The position numbers were made by a program, and so were the translations under genes. A stretch of 64,000 nucleotides of DNA from Longimicrobiales bacterium. GTDB lineage: Bacteria; Gemmatimonadota; Gemmatimonadetes; Longimicrobiales; Gaopeijiaceae. The notes under the pieces are model-generated. The model saw nothing but the letters and a program-made list of their open reading frames with translations. It was not told the origin of the DNA and made no database searches. Below, in pieces: positions 1 through 9,093 of this stretch. The DNA is taken from assembly GCA_963422615.1 (NCBI GenBank), contig OY730414.1:992001-1056000 (forward strand), in the 5' to 3' direction. Each line of letters begins with the position of its first letter. The stretch's first letter is position 1.

Positions 1-884
1 GGCGCCAAGTAGAGTTTGTCGTTGTAGTAGAATTCGCCTTCGCTGTTGGAGTCGGCGCGGAAGAGCACCCGGCGGTTGTCCGGCGACAGCGTCGCCCCGT
101 ACTCGGGAACGTGATTGTTCGTGATTCGCCGTGCCTCTGATCCGTCGGCCCCCATGACCCACACCTCCCCTTCGTCGTTGTCGTCGAACAGGGGGGACGG
201 GCCCCGATCGTAGGCGATCATCGTTCCGTCCCGAGACAGGCGATACTCGTTGACGGAGAAGTCGCCTTCGGTGATCCGCTGGGAGGTTCCGTCCAAGGAC
301 ACCTTCCAGAGATGTCTCTGCTGGTAATTTTCGTCGAAGGCGTAGACGTCGTCCCCGACCTTCTCCCGCGCCTTCTGTTCTTCCGGTTTGTCGTCGCTGG
401 CCAGGAAGAACAGGCTGTGGCCGTCGGGTGCCCATGTGACCGCCGAGACGGCCGTCGGGTGGTTCGTCAGCTTGGCCGCTTCCCCTCCCCGCGTATTGAG
501 AATGTAGATCTGGCTCCCCACGTCTTCCCCGCGAACGGCGGTGAAGGCGATCCGTGTCCCGTCGGGAGACCACCTGGGGTTCGATTCCCCCGATTCCCCG
601 CTCGTGAGGCGCAGCGCGCCGCTTCCGTCAGTGCCGACCTGCCAGATGTGGCCGATGGTCTTGTTCTTCTCCCAGTCCGCATCGAAGCGAACGTACAGGA
701 CGTGGGTCCCGTCAGGACTCAAACGGGGCGACGACACGGATGGAATGTCAATCAGATCGACGATTCCGGGAGGAGCCTGGACCCCGTCAAGCGCGGGGAC
801 GGAGACGGTACCGAACGCTGCCAACGCGCAGAGAAAGACGATCCCGGCGGCTGCCGATCGAACGCGGCGGGGGTGGCGAATCAT
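1..884 (-). CDS. S9-family (prolyl oligopeptidase/acylaminoacyl peptidase-like) protein, N-terminal beta-propeller part; runs off the window start
   Basis: Manual translation of the - strand from ATG 884: signal-like MIRHPRRVRSAAAGIVFLCALAAFG, then TolB/PD40-like repeats (SSPRLSPDGTHVLY, NPRWSPDGTRIAF, VTWAPDGHSLFF). The catalytic domain is not in the window. Confidence 0.7.
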   Translation of the reverse strand, partial: MIRHPRRVRSAAAGIVFLCALAAFGTVSVPALDGVQAPPGIVDLIDIPSVSSPRLSPDGTHVLYVRFDADWEKNKTIGHIWQVGTDGSGALRLTSGESGESNPRWSPDGTRIAFTAVRGEDVGSQIYILNTRGGEAAKLTNHPTAVSAVTWAPDGHSLFFLASDDKPEEQKAREKVGDDVYAFDENYQQRHLWKVSLDGTSQRITEGDFSVNEYRLSRDGTMIAYDRGPSPLFDDNDEGEVWVMGADGSEARRITNNHVPEYGATLSPDNRRVLFRADSNSEGEFYYNDKLYLA

Positions 885-964
885 GGGGAGGACCTCGACT
901 GGACAGAGGGGACGTTTCGGGGAAACTTTTGGTTTCCGCCGGGGCGCCGCAACCGGCGCTCTCT

Positions 965-2182
965 TCACGCCGTCCGCTTTTTCTTCCCGTTTTCCCACCA
1001 TCGTGACGGCGCGACGCGTCGTCCGCGTCCTCCCGCCCGGTCCAGCCAGAGGGCCATCCGACGGCCCCGCGTCCCCGCGATCCAGCGCCATACCCGGCTC
1101 CACCAATGGCGGTAATCCCGGTTGTATGGACACACCCGGACGCAGATGGAGCAGTCCGTGTTCTGGTTTGTCCAGAAGCGGAAGCACTTTTCAGCGTCGG
1201 TCGTCCACTTCCGAACGCCTCGAATGTTGGAACGATTGTGGATCCGAGTGGAGGGCTTGCCGTCGGCGATGGCTTTGGCCGGGCAAGCTCGGGTGCAGGC
1301 GCGGCAGATTTCGCACGTCTCCCGGACCCCGAAACGGACGGGACGGTCGTGGGCGAGGGGCATGTCGGTGAAGATCTTGCCCAAGCGGACCCTGGGCCCG
1401 AATTCTCGGGTGATGAGGAGACCGTGGCGGCCGTACTCCCCCAGCCCGGCCCGGATCGCGAAGGGGATGGCCAGGGCCGAATCGTTCATGGTGGCGACGG
1501 CGCGATAGCCCAAGTTGGTAATGTACTGGGCGATGGCGAGGAGTACGGTCGTGTCCCTGGAGTACGCGACCCCGGTTGCGGCCCCACTCAAGGCCGAGGG
1601 TGCCGTGCGGAGCAGTTCCCGGTCCATGGACTGGGCAATCACGATTACGTGCTTCAGGTCCCCCGAGACCTCTTGGGGCTTCTCGGTCTCGGTCTTGCGG
1701 CTGTAGGCGTCCCGGTAGACCCAGCGTTTGTCGTAAGCAGTGATCCCGACAAGGTCCGCCCCCAGGGTCTTGGCCGCATGTTTCACTTCTTTCGCCATTT
1801 TCCCGGGAGACGGGAGGGCGTCCTGGCCCTCGGGGCCATGCCGGACGACGGAGTACGGGTCCAAAAAGCCCTCTCGTCGGTCGTTCTCCTGCTTCAGCGC
1901 TGCGAAGACATCCGTGACGTGCCAGGAAGCGTTGCGCAGGGCATAGTCCCGTCGAGTGAATCCGTCCACACTGCGCCACCGCATTTTCGCCGTGCGGTAG
2001 GTCTCATAGAACATGTCGGAGCGGTCCGACTTCACAACCGGGTCCCAGAACGACCGGCAGAAGACATCGTCTTTCTGGGAGAAACGCCTGAAATCGTGCT
2101 CCACCTGGAAGCCCGCTTGCCGATCGGAGCTTCCCATCGGCTCCACGGTCCCGGGCCTGCCCGCCTTCCGTCTGTCAGCCAA
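965..2182 (-). CDS. Reductive dehalogenase-like cobalamin/2x[4Fe-4S] protein (RdhA/QueG superfamily)
   Basis: GADLVGIT..D.RWVY, AIRAGLGEYGRHGLLITREFGPRVRL, CEICRACTRACP and KC..(x10)..CSICVRVCP motifs; no Tat signal. Confidence 0.75.
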   Translation of the reverse strand: MADRRKAGRPGTVEPMGSSDRQAGFQVEHDFRRFSQKDDVFCRSFWDPVVKSDRSDMFYETYRTAKMRWRSVDGFTRRDYALRNASWHVTDVFAALKQENDRREGFLDPYSVVRHGPEGQDALPSPGKMAKEVKHAAKTLGADLVGITAYDKRWVYRDAYSRKTETEKPQEVSGDLKHVIVIAQSMDRELLRTAPSALSGAATGVAYSRDTTVLLAIAQYITNLGYRAVATMNDSALAIPFAIRAGLGEYGRHGLLITREFGPRVRLGKIFTDMPLAHDRPVRFGVRETCEICRACTRACPAKAIADGKPSTRIHNRSNIRGVRKWTTDAEKCFRFWTNQNTDCSICVRVCPYNRDYRHWWSRVWRWIAGTRGRRMALWLDRAGGRGRRVAPSRWWENGKKKRTA

Positions 2183-2326
2183 CCGTCACGCTTTCCTTAA
2201 TGACGTGAATCGCCCCCGGAAAAAGACAAGGTAACAGAATCCCCGGGGGCGTCTCGAACGCCAATGCCCGCGCCGGGGAAGGTAGGGATGGCGGCCAAGG
2301 GGGGAACTCCCCCTCGTGGACGACTT

Positions 2327-2358
2327 GACCGGCGGGGCGATGTAAGCCCCCGCCGGTC
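2327..2358. terminator. GC-rich hairpin downstream of the TPR gene (possible terminator)
   Basis: GACCGGCGGGG-N10-CCCCGCCGGTC inverted repeat. Confidence 0.45.
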
Positions 2359-2386
2359 GGCCCGGCATGGACCACCCGTCCCGGCG

Positions 2387-3256
2387 TCAGCCGGTGGGGT
2401 TCCTTGGCGGGGCGCCCATCAACTCTTCCTTGAAGTCGCCCCCCAGGACAGCCGTGTCCACTTCGCGCTCCGCTCCATCGTCGGCAAGGTGCCGCAAACG
2501 CTGGAAGTTCAAGGCGACTTTGGCGTTCAGGGGATCGATCGTTGCCGCTGCGGCGAATTCTTCCAGGGCGGCGATCCGGTATCCCGCGCCTTCCAAGGCC
2601 GTGCCCAAGTTGTTGCGAAACAGGACGTTGTCGCCGTCGAGGCGAACCGCCAGAGCCAGGGGGCCGATGGCCTCTTCGAACCGGCCGTGTTGGATCAGAA
2701 GGAGGGCCATGTTGTTGAGCGACCAGCGATCGTCGGGGTCGATCCACAGGGCCGTTTCGTACGTGGCCAGGGCCCTGGAGCAGTGTCCGACCAGGGCAAG
2801 CGCCCGAGCCAGCGTTCGGTGCGCGGAGCCCGACCCCGGGTCCAGGGCTGCGGCAGAGGCGGCCTGGTTCCTCGCTTCGGCAAACCGGCCCCGCTCAATC
2901 AATATCCGCGCAAGATTGATTCGGCTCTTGACGTGGTCGGGTCGGCGCTTCACGGATTCCAACAGCCGTGCTTCGGCCAACTCCAGTTGCCCATTCTTCC
3001 ACGCGGCAATCCCCTGCGAGTAGTTCTCCCGGAAAGATGTCTGTCCGGAGGGCGCGCTTGGGAGCGGAACCGTCTGAACGACTGCCCGTGCTGCGACTGG
3101 TGCGGCCTCCCATGCAACGGCCTCTGAAACCGAGGCAGCCAGCTCCCCGGGGTTCCCGCACGCCGCGATCCCTGCGAAGAATGCCAGCCCCAGCGCCGCA
3201 GCCATCCATCGCAGCGCCGCCTCCCACCGATCCGTCCTTTCCATCCCGTTTTCCAT
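2387..3256 (-). CDS. Tetratricopeptide-repeat protein with lipoprotein-like signal
   Basis: Hydrophobic N-terminus ending IAAC; several TPR-like helical repeats (SLNNMALLLIQHGRFEEA, FRNNLGTALEGAG). Confidence 0.8.
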   Translation of the reverse strand: MENGMERTDRWEAALRWMAAALGLAFFAGIAACGNPGELAASVSEAVAWEAAPVAARAVVQTVPLPSAPSGQTSFRENYSQGIAAWKNGQLELAEARLLESVKRRPDHVKSRINLARILIERGRFAEARNQAASAAALDPGSGSAHRTLARALALVGHCSRALATYETALWIDPDDRWSLNNMALLLIQHGRFEEAIGPLALAVRLDGDNVLFRNNLGTALEGAGYRIAALEEFAAAATIDPLNAKVALNFQRLRHLADDGAEREVDTAVLGGDFKEELMGAPPRNPTG

Positions 3257-3338
3257 GCTTGCCTCCTGTATGTGTCCCCCGGGGGGCGCGGCCGGGTTCG
3301 GAGCGCTTCCGGGGTCGCCGAACTCGACTCAAAGATGT

Positions 3339-3467
3339 GGCAAGAGGCGGGCCCTTCTTTTCGGAAATTCGACATGACTTACTCAAGTTGTTGTCCATCA
3401 AGGAGTTGTACGATTTGCCCAGATGGAGGGAGAGAACTTCTGCCGGGGGTCCCGTGTTGTCTGGGAC
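3339..3467 (-). promoter_or_regulatory. Putative sigma54 promoter for the TPR gene (-24/-12, IHF site, upstream activator site)
   Basis: - strand GGGCCCGCCTCTTGCC (GG-N10-GC) at 3339-3354; IHF-like CATCAAGGAGTTG at 3396-3408; inverted repeat GTCCC-N9-GGGAC at 3449-3467. Confidence 0.5.
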
Positions 3468-3601
3468 ACGAAACGGGCAGGGACTCGTGGTCGCGGGTCC
3501 ACAGGAAGTTCGAGACGGACGCCCGGTGCGGGGCGGACGCCTGGCGCCCCGCACCGCACCGGTCCGGGGCCCCTGCCGCCGGGGGGGCGGTTCCGAACCT
3601 C

Positions 3602-4981
3602 CTATGGCCGGCGCACGCCCAGCCGCTGCATGATCTTCAACAGGCTGGAATGATCGGCCAGCCCCAGGGCTTCGGCCGTAATTCCGATCTTCCATCCGTG
3701 CGCTTCGAGGGACCGGATCACGATCCGCCGCTCGGCAGCCTGCTTCTGTTCCCGGTACGTTCCCGATCCGGGGCCCCGGGGTTCTTGCGAGGCTGGGCCT
3801 CCGTGCCTCCACCTTCCCCGGGGCTGTCCCAGATCCGGCGGCAGATGCTCCAGGTCCAGAAGCGCCCCGTCCGAGGCGATAATCATCCGCTCGATCGTGT
3901 TTTTGACCTCCCGAACGTTGTTGCGATCCCACCTCCGGCTCTGAAGGACCGACATGGCAGCTTCCGAAATCGGCCTTGAAGCCCGCCCGAGTCGGGAGGC
4001 CAAGGAGTTGGCGAAGTGGGTGGCCAACCGGCGAATGTCGTCCCGCCGCTCCCGCAGAGGGGGAACCCGAATCACGTGTACGTTGAGGCGGAAGAGGAGG
4101 TCCTCCCGAAAGCTTCCCTTCTCCACGGCCTCGTCCAGGTCCCGGTGAGTTGCCGCCACCACTCGCGACCCGACCCCGACGGGCTTCTCGGCGCCCAGGC
4201 GAAACACCTTTCCGTCTTCGAGAATTCGAAGAAGTCGCGCCTGCATTCCCGTTCCCAGTTCGCCGATTTCGTCCAGGAAGAGGGTCCCTTCGGACGCCCG
4301 TTCGAAGGCCCCCCGCCTCGCCTTCAACGCCCCGGTGAAGGCCCCCCGCTCATGGCCAAAGAGGTCGCTGTCCACGAGTCCCTCGGACATGCCGCCGCAG
4401 TTGACGGCCACGAACGCCTCCTCCCTTCGTCGGCTCTGACGGTGAAGCTCCCGGGCTACCAACTCCTTGCCCGTACCGCTTTCTCCCAAGATCAATACAG
4501 GGCTCGGGATGTCTGCCAGACGCCGGATCGCATCCCGGAGGCGATTCATGGCCTCGCTCTTGCCGATCAGCGGCGACGGCTCGGAGACCTCTTTTTCCAG
4601 CCGGACAACCTGTTCCTCCAGGTCGGCTTGCCGAAGGGCGAGGCGGACCTCGTGCACGACCCGTTCCATGGGCTCCGCCTTGTCGACGAAGCTGAAGGCT
4701 CCCAGGCGAATTGCCTTGGCGCACCGTCTGTAGCTACCGGTCCCGGTATAGACGATGACGGGAACGAGGATCCCCTTGTGCTCCAGGCTCCGAAGCACGC
4801 CGAAACCGTCGAGATCCGGCATTTCCAGGTCGAGGATCACGCAGTCGACCACCTCCCGAGTCAGGATATCGAGAGCTTCCGCCCCGGAGGTGGCCACCCG
4901 GGTTTTGAACCCCCCGAGGCGCCGGAGGTCGAAGGCGTACTGCTCGGCCATGGGCCGAACGTCGTCAACGATCAGTACCAG
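3602..4981 (-). CDS. Sigma54-dependent response regulator (NtrC/AtoC family); start codon uncertain
   Basis: Receiver (VLIVDD...ILDLEMP), AAA+ GESGTGKE, GAFTGA, LFLDEIG, C-terminal Fis-type HTH. Confidence 0.9.
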   Translation of the reverse strand: MVLIVDDVRPMAEQYAFDLRRLGGFKTRVATSGAEALDILTREVVDCVILDLEMPDLDGFGVLRSLEHKGILVPVIVYTGTGSYRRCAKAIRLGAFSFVDKAEPMERVVHEVRLALRQADLEEQVVRLEKEVSEPSPLIGKSEAMNRLRDAIRRLADIPSPVLILGESGTGKELVARELHRQSRRREEAFVAVNCGGMSEGLVDSDLFGHERGAFTGALKARRGAFERASEGTLFLDEIGELGTGMQARLLRILEDGKVFRLGAEKPVGVGSRVVAATHRDLDEAVEKGSFREDLLFRLNVHVIRVPPLRERRDDIRRLATHFANSLASRLGRASRPISEAAMSVLQSRRWDRNNVREVKNTIERMIIASDGALLDLEHLPPDLGQPRGRWRHGGPASQEPRGPGSGTYREQKQAAERRIVIRSLEAHGWKIGITAEALGLADHSSLLKIMQRLGVRRP

Positions 4982-5009
4982 GCCACCCTTCGGAGCCCTC
5001 CTTCGGAGG

Positions 5010-6017
5010 CTAGACGTTGTAGTAGCTCCGGTACCACTCCACGAAACGAACGAGTCCCTCCCGAAAAGGCGTTGCGGGCTCGTAGCCAACATCGCGACGC
5101 AGCCGCTCGATGTCGGCAAACGTGTCCGGCATGTCTTCGGGCTGCATGGGGAGCGACCTTCGTTCGGTCTTTGTGCCCAGGAGTTCTTCCAGGGTGTCGA
5201 TGAAGTCCCGAAGGTAGATCGGTCGGCGGGCCCCAATGTTGTAAAGACGGTAGGGTGCGAGGCCGGAAGCCGAGTCGGGCGCGTCTCCCGTCCAGGATTT
5301 GTCCGGCCCCGGTACGGTCGCCAGCGCGCGCACGACCCCCTCGGCGATGTCCTTGACATAGGTCCAATCGCGCTTGTGCTTGCCGTGGTTGTAGACGTCG
5401 ATGGGCTCTCCGGCGAGGATGCGCCGGGTGAACTTGATGGGTGCCATGTCGGGACGGCTCCAGGGTCCGTAGACCGTGAAGAATCGCAGTCCGGTGGTCG
5501 GCAGGCCGTGGAGGTGGGAATAGGTGTGCGCCATCACCTCGTTGGCCTTCTTCGTGGCTGCGTAGAACGACAGGGGGTGGTCGGTGGTGTCGCGCACGGA
5601 AAAGGGCATGCGGGTGTTGGCGCCATAAACCGAGCTGGTGGAGGCATAGACGAGGTGTTCGACACCGGTGCGACGGCAGCCCTCCAGGACATGTGCGAAG
5701 CCGGTCACGTTGGCGTGCACGTAGGCCAGCGGGTTCTTGAGGGAGTATCGGACGCCGACCTGAGCCGCCAGATGCACCACCCGCTCGAATTCGCCTTCGG
5801 CAAACACCGCCGCCATCCCCTCGAGGTCCTCCAGATCCTTGCGTCTGAAGGAGAAGCCATCCTGGCCCTGGAGTTGGGCCAGGCGGTCCCGCTTGAGTTG
5901 CGGGTCGTAGTAGGGGTTCAGGTTGTCCAGCCCCACGACGTCGTGCCCGTCGCCAAGGAGGCGCCGCGCCACGAAGTAGCCGATGAAGCCGGCGGCTCCC
6001 GTCACCAGGATCTTCAA
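5010..6017 (-). CDS. NAD-dependent epimerase (UDP-glucuronate 4-epimerase-like)
   Basis: GAAGFIG, HLAAQVGVRYS, YASTSSVYG, YAATKK, RFFTVYGPWSRPDMA. Confidence 0.92.
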   Translation of the reverse strand: MKILVTGAAGFIGYFVARRLLGDGHDVVGLDNLNPYYDPQLKRDRLAQLQGQDGFSFRRKDLEDLEGMAAVFAEGEFERVVHLAAQVGVRYSLKNPLAYVHANVTGFAHVLEGCRRTGVEHLVYASTSSVYGANTRMPFSVRDTTDHPLSFYAATKKANEVMAHTYSHLHGLPTTGLRFFTVYGPWSRPDMAPIKFTRRILAGEPIDVYNHGKHKRDWTYVKDIAEGVVRALATVPGPDKSWTGDAPDSASGLAPYRLYNIGARRPIYLRDFIDTLEELLGTKTERRSLPMQPEDMPDTFADIERLRRDVGYEPATPFREGLVRFVEWYRSYYNV

Positions 6018-6080
6018 GCCCGACGGAACTCCCCGGATAAGAAACCGTGAAAGGAAGCGGGCCGGTCTACCGGGCGCTCC

Positions 6081-7805
6081 TCACGCTTTGCCAAGTTTCG
6101 GTTCGATTGCATTCAGCGTCACCAGGACCTCCGTGCCCAGTCCTTCTTCACTCTCCAGGACGAGCTCACCCCCCACATCCTGGACCAACTGCCTGGCGAT
6201 GGCAAGGCCCAGGCCGGTTCCCTCCCGCCGGGTCGTAAAGAAGGGCTCGAACATTCGGGAGCGCACCTCCGGAGGAATCCCGGGGCCGTCGTCGGAAACG
6301 GAAAGGATGTATTGAGGCCGTTCCCTGCGCTTCTCCGCCCTCGCGGAAACGCGGACGGTTCCCCCACCCCCCAGTTGCGCGGCCGCGACGGCATTCGTGA
6401 CCAGATTTTCCACGACCCTTCTGAGAGAAACGCCGTCCATCCCGACCCAGGCGGGCCCGGGCCCCGAAACCGCTCCGACCCGCACGCTCGCAGGCCACGG
6501 GCCGGATTCGACGACGGATCGGATGACCGCCCTCAAGTCCGACCGGTTCGACTTGCCGCGGGCGGCTACGGCCCCGTACCGACCGGCCAGGCCATCCAGG
6601 TAGGCCAGGCTGCCGGTCAGGATATCGGCCCGGGCCTTGAACGCCTCCGCCAGCGCGTCGGGACCGCTGCCGTGGGCCTCTTGTAGGTGGCTCATGACGT
6701 TGCGGATGGGAATGAGGCCGTTCCGCATGTCGTGGTTGATCTGTCGCGCCAGCTCACCCGTGGTCGCCCGCTTCTCCGCTTCCCGATCCTTCACTACGCC
6801 CTCTCGGAGCCGACTCATCATGCCGTTGAGGAAGAATCCGAGGCGATCCAGCTCCTTGCCGCCGCCCCGCCCGAAGGTTTCGTCCAGCCGCCCCAGGTGC
6901 ACGCGTCTGGCCGTTGCCGCGAGCTTTGCCACTGGAAGGGAGAGCCGCCGGGCCATGACCCTGCCCAGAAGGAGGGCAAGCCCGGCCGACCCCAGAAGGG
7001 AGAAAAGGAGGGCTCGCTCGAAGGAGCGGATCATTTCGGGTAGGAGCGGGTCCCGCCAGCCGGCCACGATGTCCACCGGGGCGGTCCCTTCCTCGCGGTT
7101 CCATCCGTGCCACTGAACACGGGCGATCCTTCTGCGGCCTTCAAAGCTCCCCCCTTCTGCGGACGCAGTTGTGGCTCCCGCGACCGGACGCACCTCCTGG
7201 CCCATGCCTCCTTCCGCCGCCGCGACAGCGAACAGCGACAGCTCTTCCCCGGCAGCCAGGGCCCCCATGGCAGGGAGCTCCTGTCCTACGATCCCCGTCA
7301 ACCGGATGCCGCCCACTTCGATGTGTCGGCCCCGAAGCAGGGCGGTTACGTCGGTGCGGGGCAGGGGAACTTGGGCCACGACCGGGAGCTCTGGCTCGTC
7401 CGCGACCCTTCCCAAGGCCGGTTCGGTACGTCCGACGTCCCCGGGGAAGTGACTCGCGGCCAAGATCACGCCGGTGCTGTCCAGGACATACGTCACGCTT
7501 ACACCGCCCGACGCGGCAAAACGAGCGACCAACGGCTGGAGCCCCGCGCGACGTTCCGATCGGACGGCGACCCGGGCCTCGTTATCCTCTGTGAGCAGCT
7601 CCTGCAGGCTGGCGAGACGTCCCTCCAGCTCCCGAATCTCTTCCGCCCACGCCGCGGCAAGACGGTCTCCCCGCTCCCGCATCCGGCGGTCGTTGGCCTC
7701 CGCAAGGCGCGTCACCCCGACCGATCGCACCAACAGGCCCAGCCCGAGGACAGGAATCCACGCGACGACCAGTCCGCCGAACGCTAGACGACGGCGAAAG
7801 CTCAC
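6081..7805 (-). CDS. HAMP-domain sensor histidine kinase
   Basis: Two TM segments, HAMP, H-box INHDMRN, N-box ENLVTNA, DDGPGI, FEPFFTT, GTGLGL; GTG start at 7805 overlaps the upstream stop. Confidence 0.88.
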   Translation of the reverse strand: MSFRRRLAFGGLVVAWIPVLGLGLLVRSVGVTRLAEANDRRMRERGDRLAAAWAEEIRELEGRLASLQELLTEDNEARVAVRSERRAGLQPLVARFAASGGVSVTYVLDSTGVILAASHFPGDVGRTEPALGRVADEPELPVVAQVPLPRTDVTALLRGRHIEVGGIRLTGIVGQELPAMGALAAGEELSLFAVAAAEGGMGQEVRPVAGATTASAEGGSFEGRRRIARVQWHGWNREEGTAPVDIVAGWRDPLLPEMIRSFERALLFSLLGSAGLALLLGRVMARRLSLPVAKLAATARRVHLGRLDETFGRGGGKELDRLGFFLNGMMSRLREGVVKDREAEKRATTGELARQINHDMRNGLIPIRNVMSHLQEAHGSGPDALAEAFKARADILTGSLAYLDGLAGRYGAVAARGKSNRSDLRAVIRSVVESGPWPASVRVGAVSGPGPAWVGMDGVSLRRVVENLVTNAVAAAQLGGGGTVRVSARAEKRRERPQYILSVSDDGPGIPPEVRSRMFEPFFTTRREGTGLGLAIARQLVQDVGGELVLESEEGLGTEVLVTLNAIEPKLGKA

Positions 7806-8965
7806 CGCCGACCTGCTGCCCGGGTCCTGCCGAATCCCCTGGGCCCAGTACTTCCCACCGAGAACGCGGCCACCTCTCCGACGAGCATCAGGCTCCTGCG
7901 CCCGGCGTCGGTGGTGGGGTCCCATGTCTCCAGTCTCCAGAGAACCTCGCCGCGGACGGAACAAGGGTGCGCCGAACCGGTTTGAACCCGGAACACCGCG
8001 GCTACATCTGACGGCTCCTTGGGCGACAACGGGTGGGTCGCCGGCCGCACGCCCAAACGAGTACGAGCGCCCGTGAGCGCTCCCAGCACCGCCGCCTGTC
8101 CGTCCCTCCGCAACGCCGCGGAGACCATCCGCTCGGCGATCTGCCTGCCGGCCACGTCGTTTTCCGGATAGCTCACCGTCGGCTGTATCCCGGCAGGCCG
8201 TCTCACAGCTCCCCGGCCGGTCCCGGAAATCTCGTCGGAAGCGGCCGCCTTCATTCCCGGAATCCGGGACGGGCACGTCCTTCCGAGCTCCGCCCAGGAC
8301 ACGGAAGGAGGCCGTCTTGCGCCCTGGGCGCCCCGGGCGATCCAGTCCTGGCCGACCGCCGCGGCGAACGCGCGCATCCGGGCGGAGTCGGCGGTGTCCG
8401 CGAACGCGACCATGTACAGTCGGTCGAATTCGACCAGCCGTACGGGCCTCGACAGGGACCGGGCGTACTCGATGGATGCATCGTGACGGGTGACGACTTC
8501 TTCGCGGTTTCGGTCGATTGCGTCGCGCGCGTCTCCTTCTGCCACGAGCTCCCCCACTCCCGCCAGCCTGGGATCGGCAAAGAGCCGGGCTTGGTCCCGA
8601 ACCGGGTCCCGGAACGCCACGCGGATTCGGCCACGGGACAGAATCATGACCTGTTCCACCCGGTGTCCCCGCCACGGCGGTTGGCTGATGGGCGGCCAGG
8701 TGGCCACGATCTCTGCGCCCGTGGGTTCGGTCGCCCCGGCTCCGAAGTCGAGCGTGACGGCTCCGTCGGTGACGGACCACCGGGCTCGCCCGGCCTGAAG
8801 TACCCCGTCGCACCCCACTCGAAGCAGGGTGTTCGGATGCCCGATCCCCCCACCGGGACGCTCGCAGGGCTCCGCCCGGGGGGCGGGCTCGGGGTCGTTC
8901 GCAGGGGGTGCCGAACCGCAGGCCGCGAACCAGACGCAGCAGCCAACTCGGATCCACGATTTCAT
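7802..8965 (-). CDS. Hypothetical lipoprotein (possible periplasmic partner of the kinase)
   Basis: MKSWIRVGCCVWFAAC lipobox-like start; stop overlaps the kinase start. Confidence 0.55.
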   Translation of the reverse strand: MKSWIRVGCCVWFAACGSAPPANDPEPAPRAEPCERPGGGIGHPNTLLRVGCDGVLQAGRARWSVTDGAVTLDFGAGATEPTGAEIVATWPPISQPPWRGHRVEQVMILSRGRIRVAFRDPVRDQARLFADPRLAGVGELVAEGDARDAIDRNREEVVTRHDASIEYARSLSRPVRLVEFDRLYMVAFADTADSARMRAFAAAVGQDWIARGAQGARRPPSVSWAELGRTCPSRIPGMKAAASDEISGTGRGAVRRPAGIQPTVSYPENDVAGRQIAERMVSAALRRDGQAAVLGALTGARTRLGVRPATHPLSPKEPSDVAAVFRVQTGSAHPCSVRGEVLWRLETWDPTTDAGRRSLMLVGEVAAFSVGSTGPRGFGRTRAAGRR

Positions 8966-9093
8966 GAACGAAACATAGGCTCGCGAGAACCTCATCGCGC
9001 CCATTGGGGAAGATGCACCCGTCGGCACGGGCAGGTTAGATTCCGGCGCGGGGAAGCCGTCGGAATATCCAAAATTGGGAAGGAATCGCTGTC

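Noticed and set aside
2183..2386. Cobalamin riboswitch upstream of the dehalogenase-like gene
   Set aside because: No recognisable B12-box/core motifs; only a terminator-like hairpin.
6081..8957. 958-aa kinase as given in the ORF track
   Set aside because: The N-terminal ~380 codons are an off-frame shadow of the lipoprotein gene; the kinase plausibly starts at GTG 7805.
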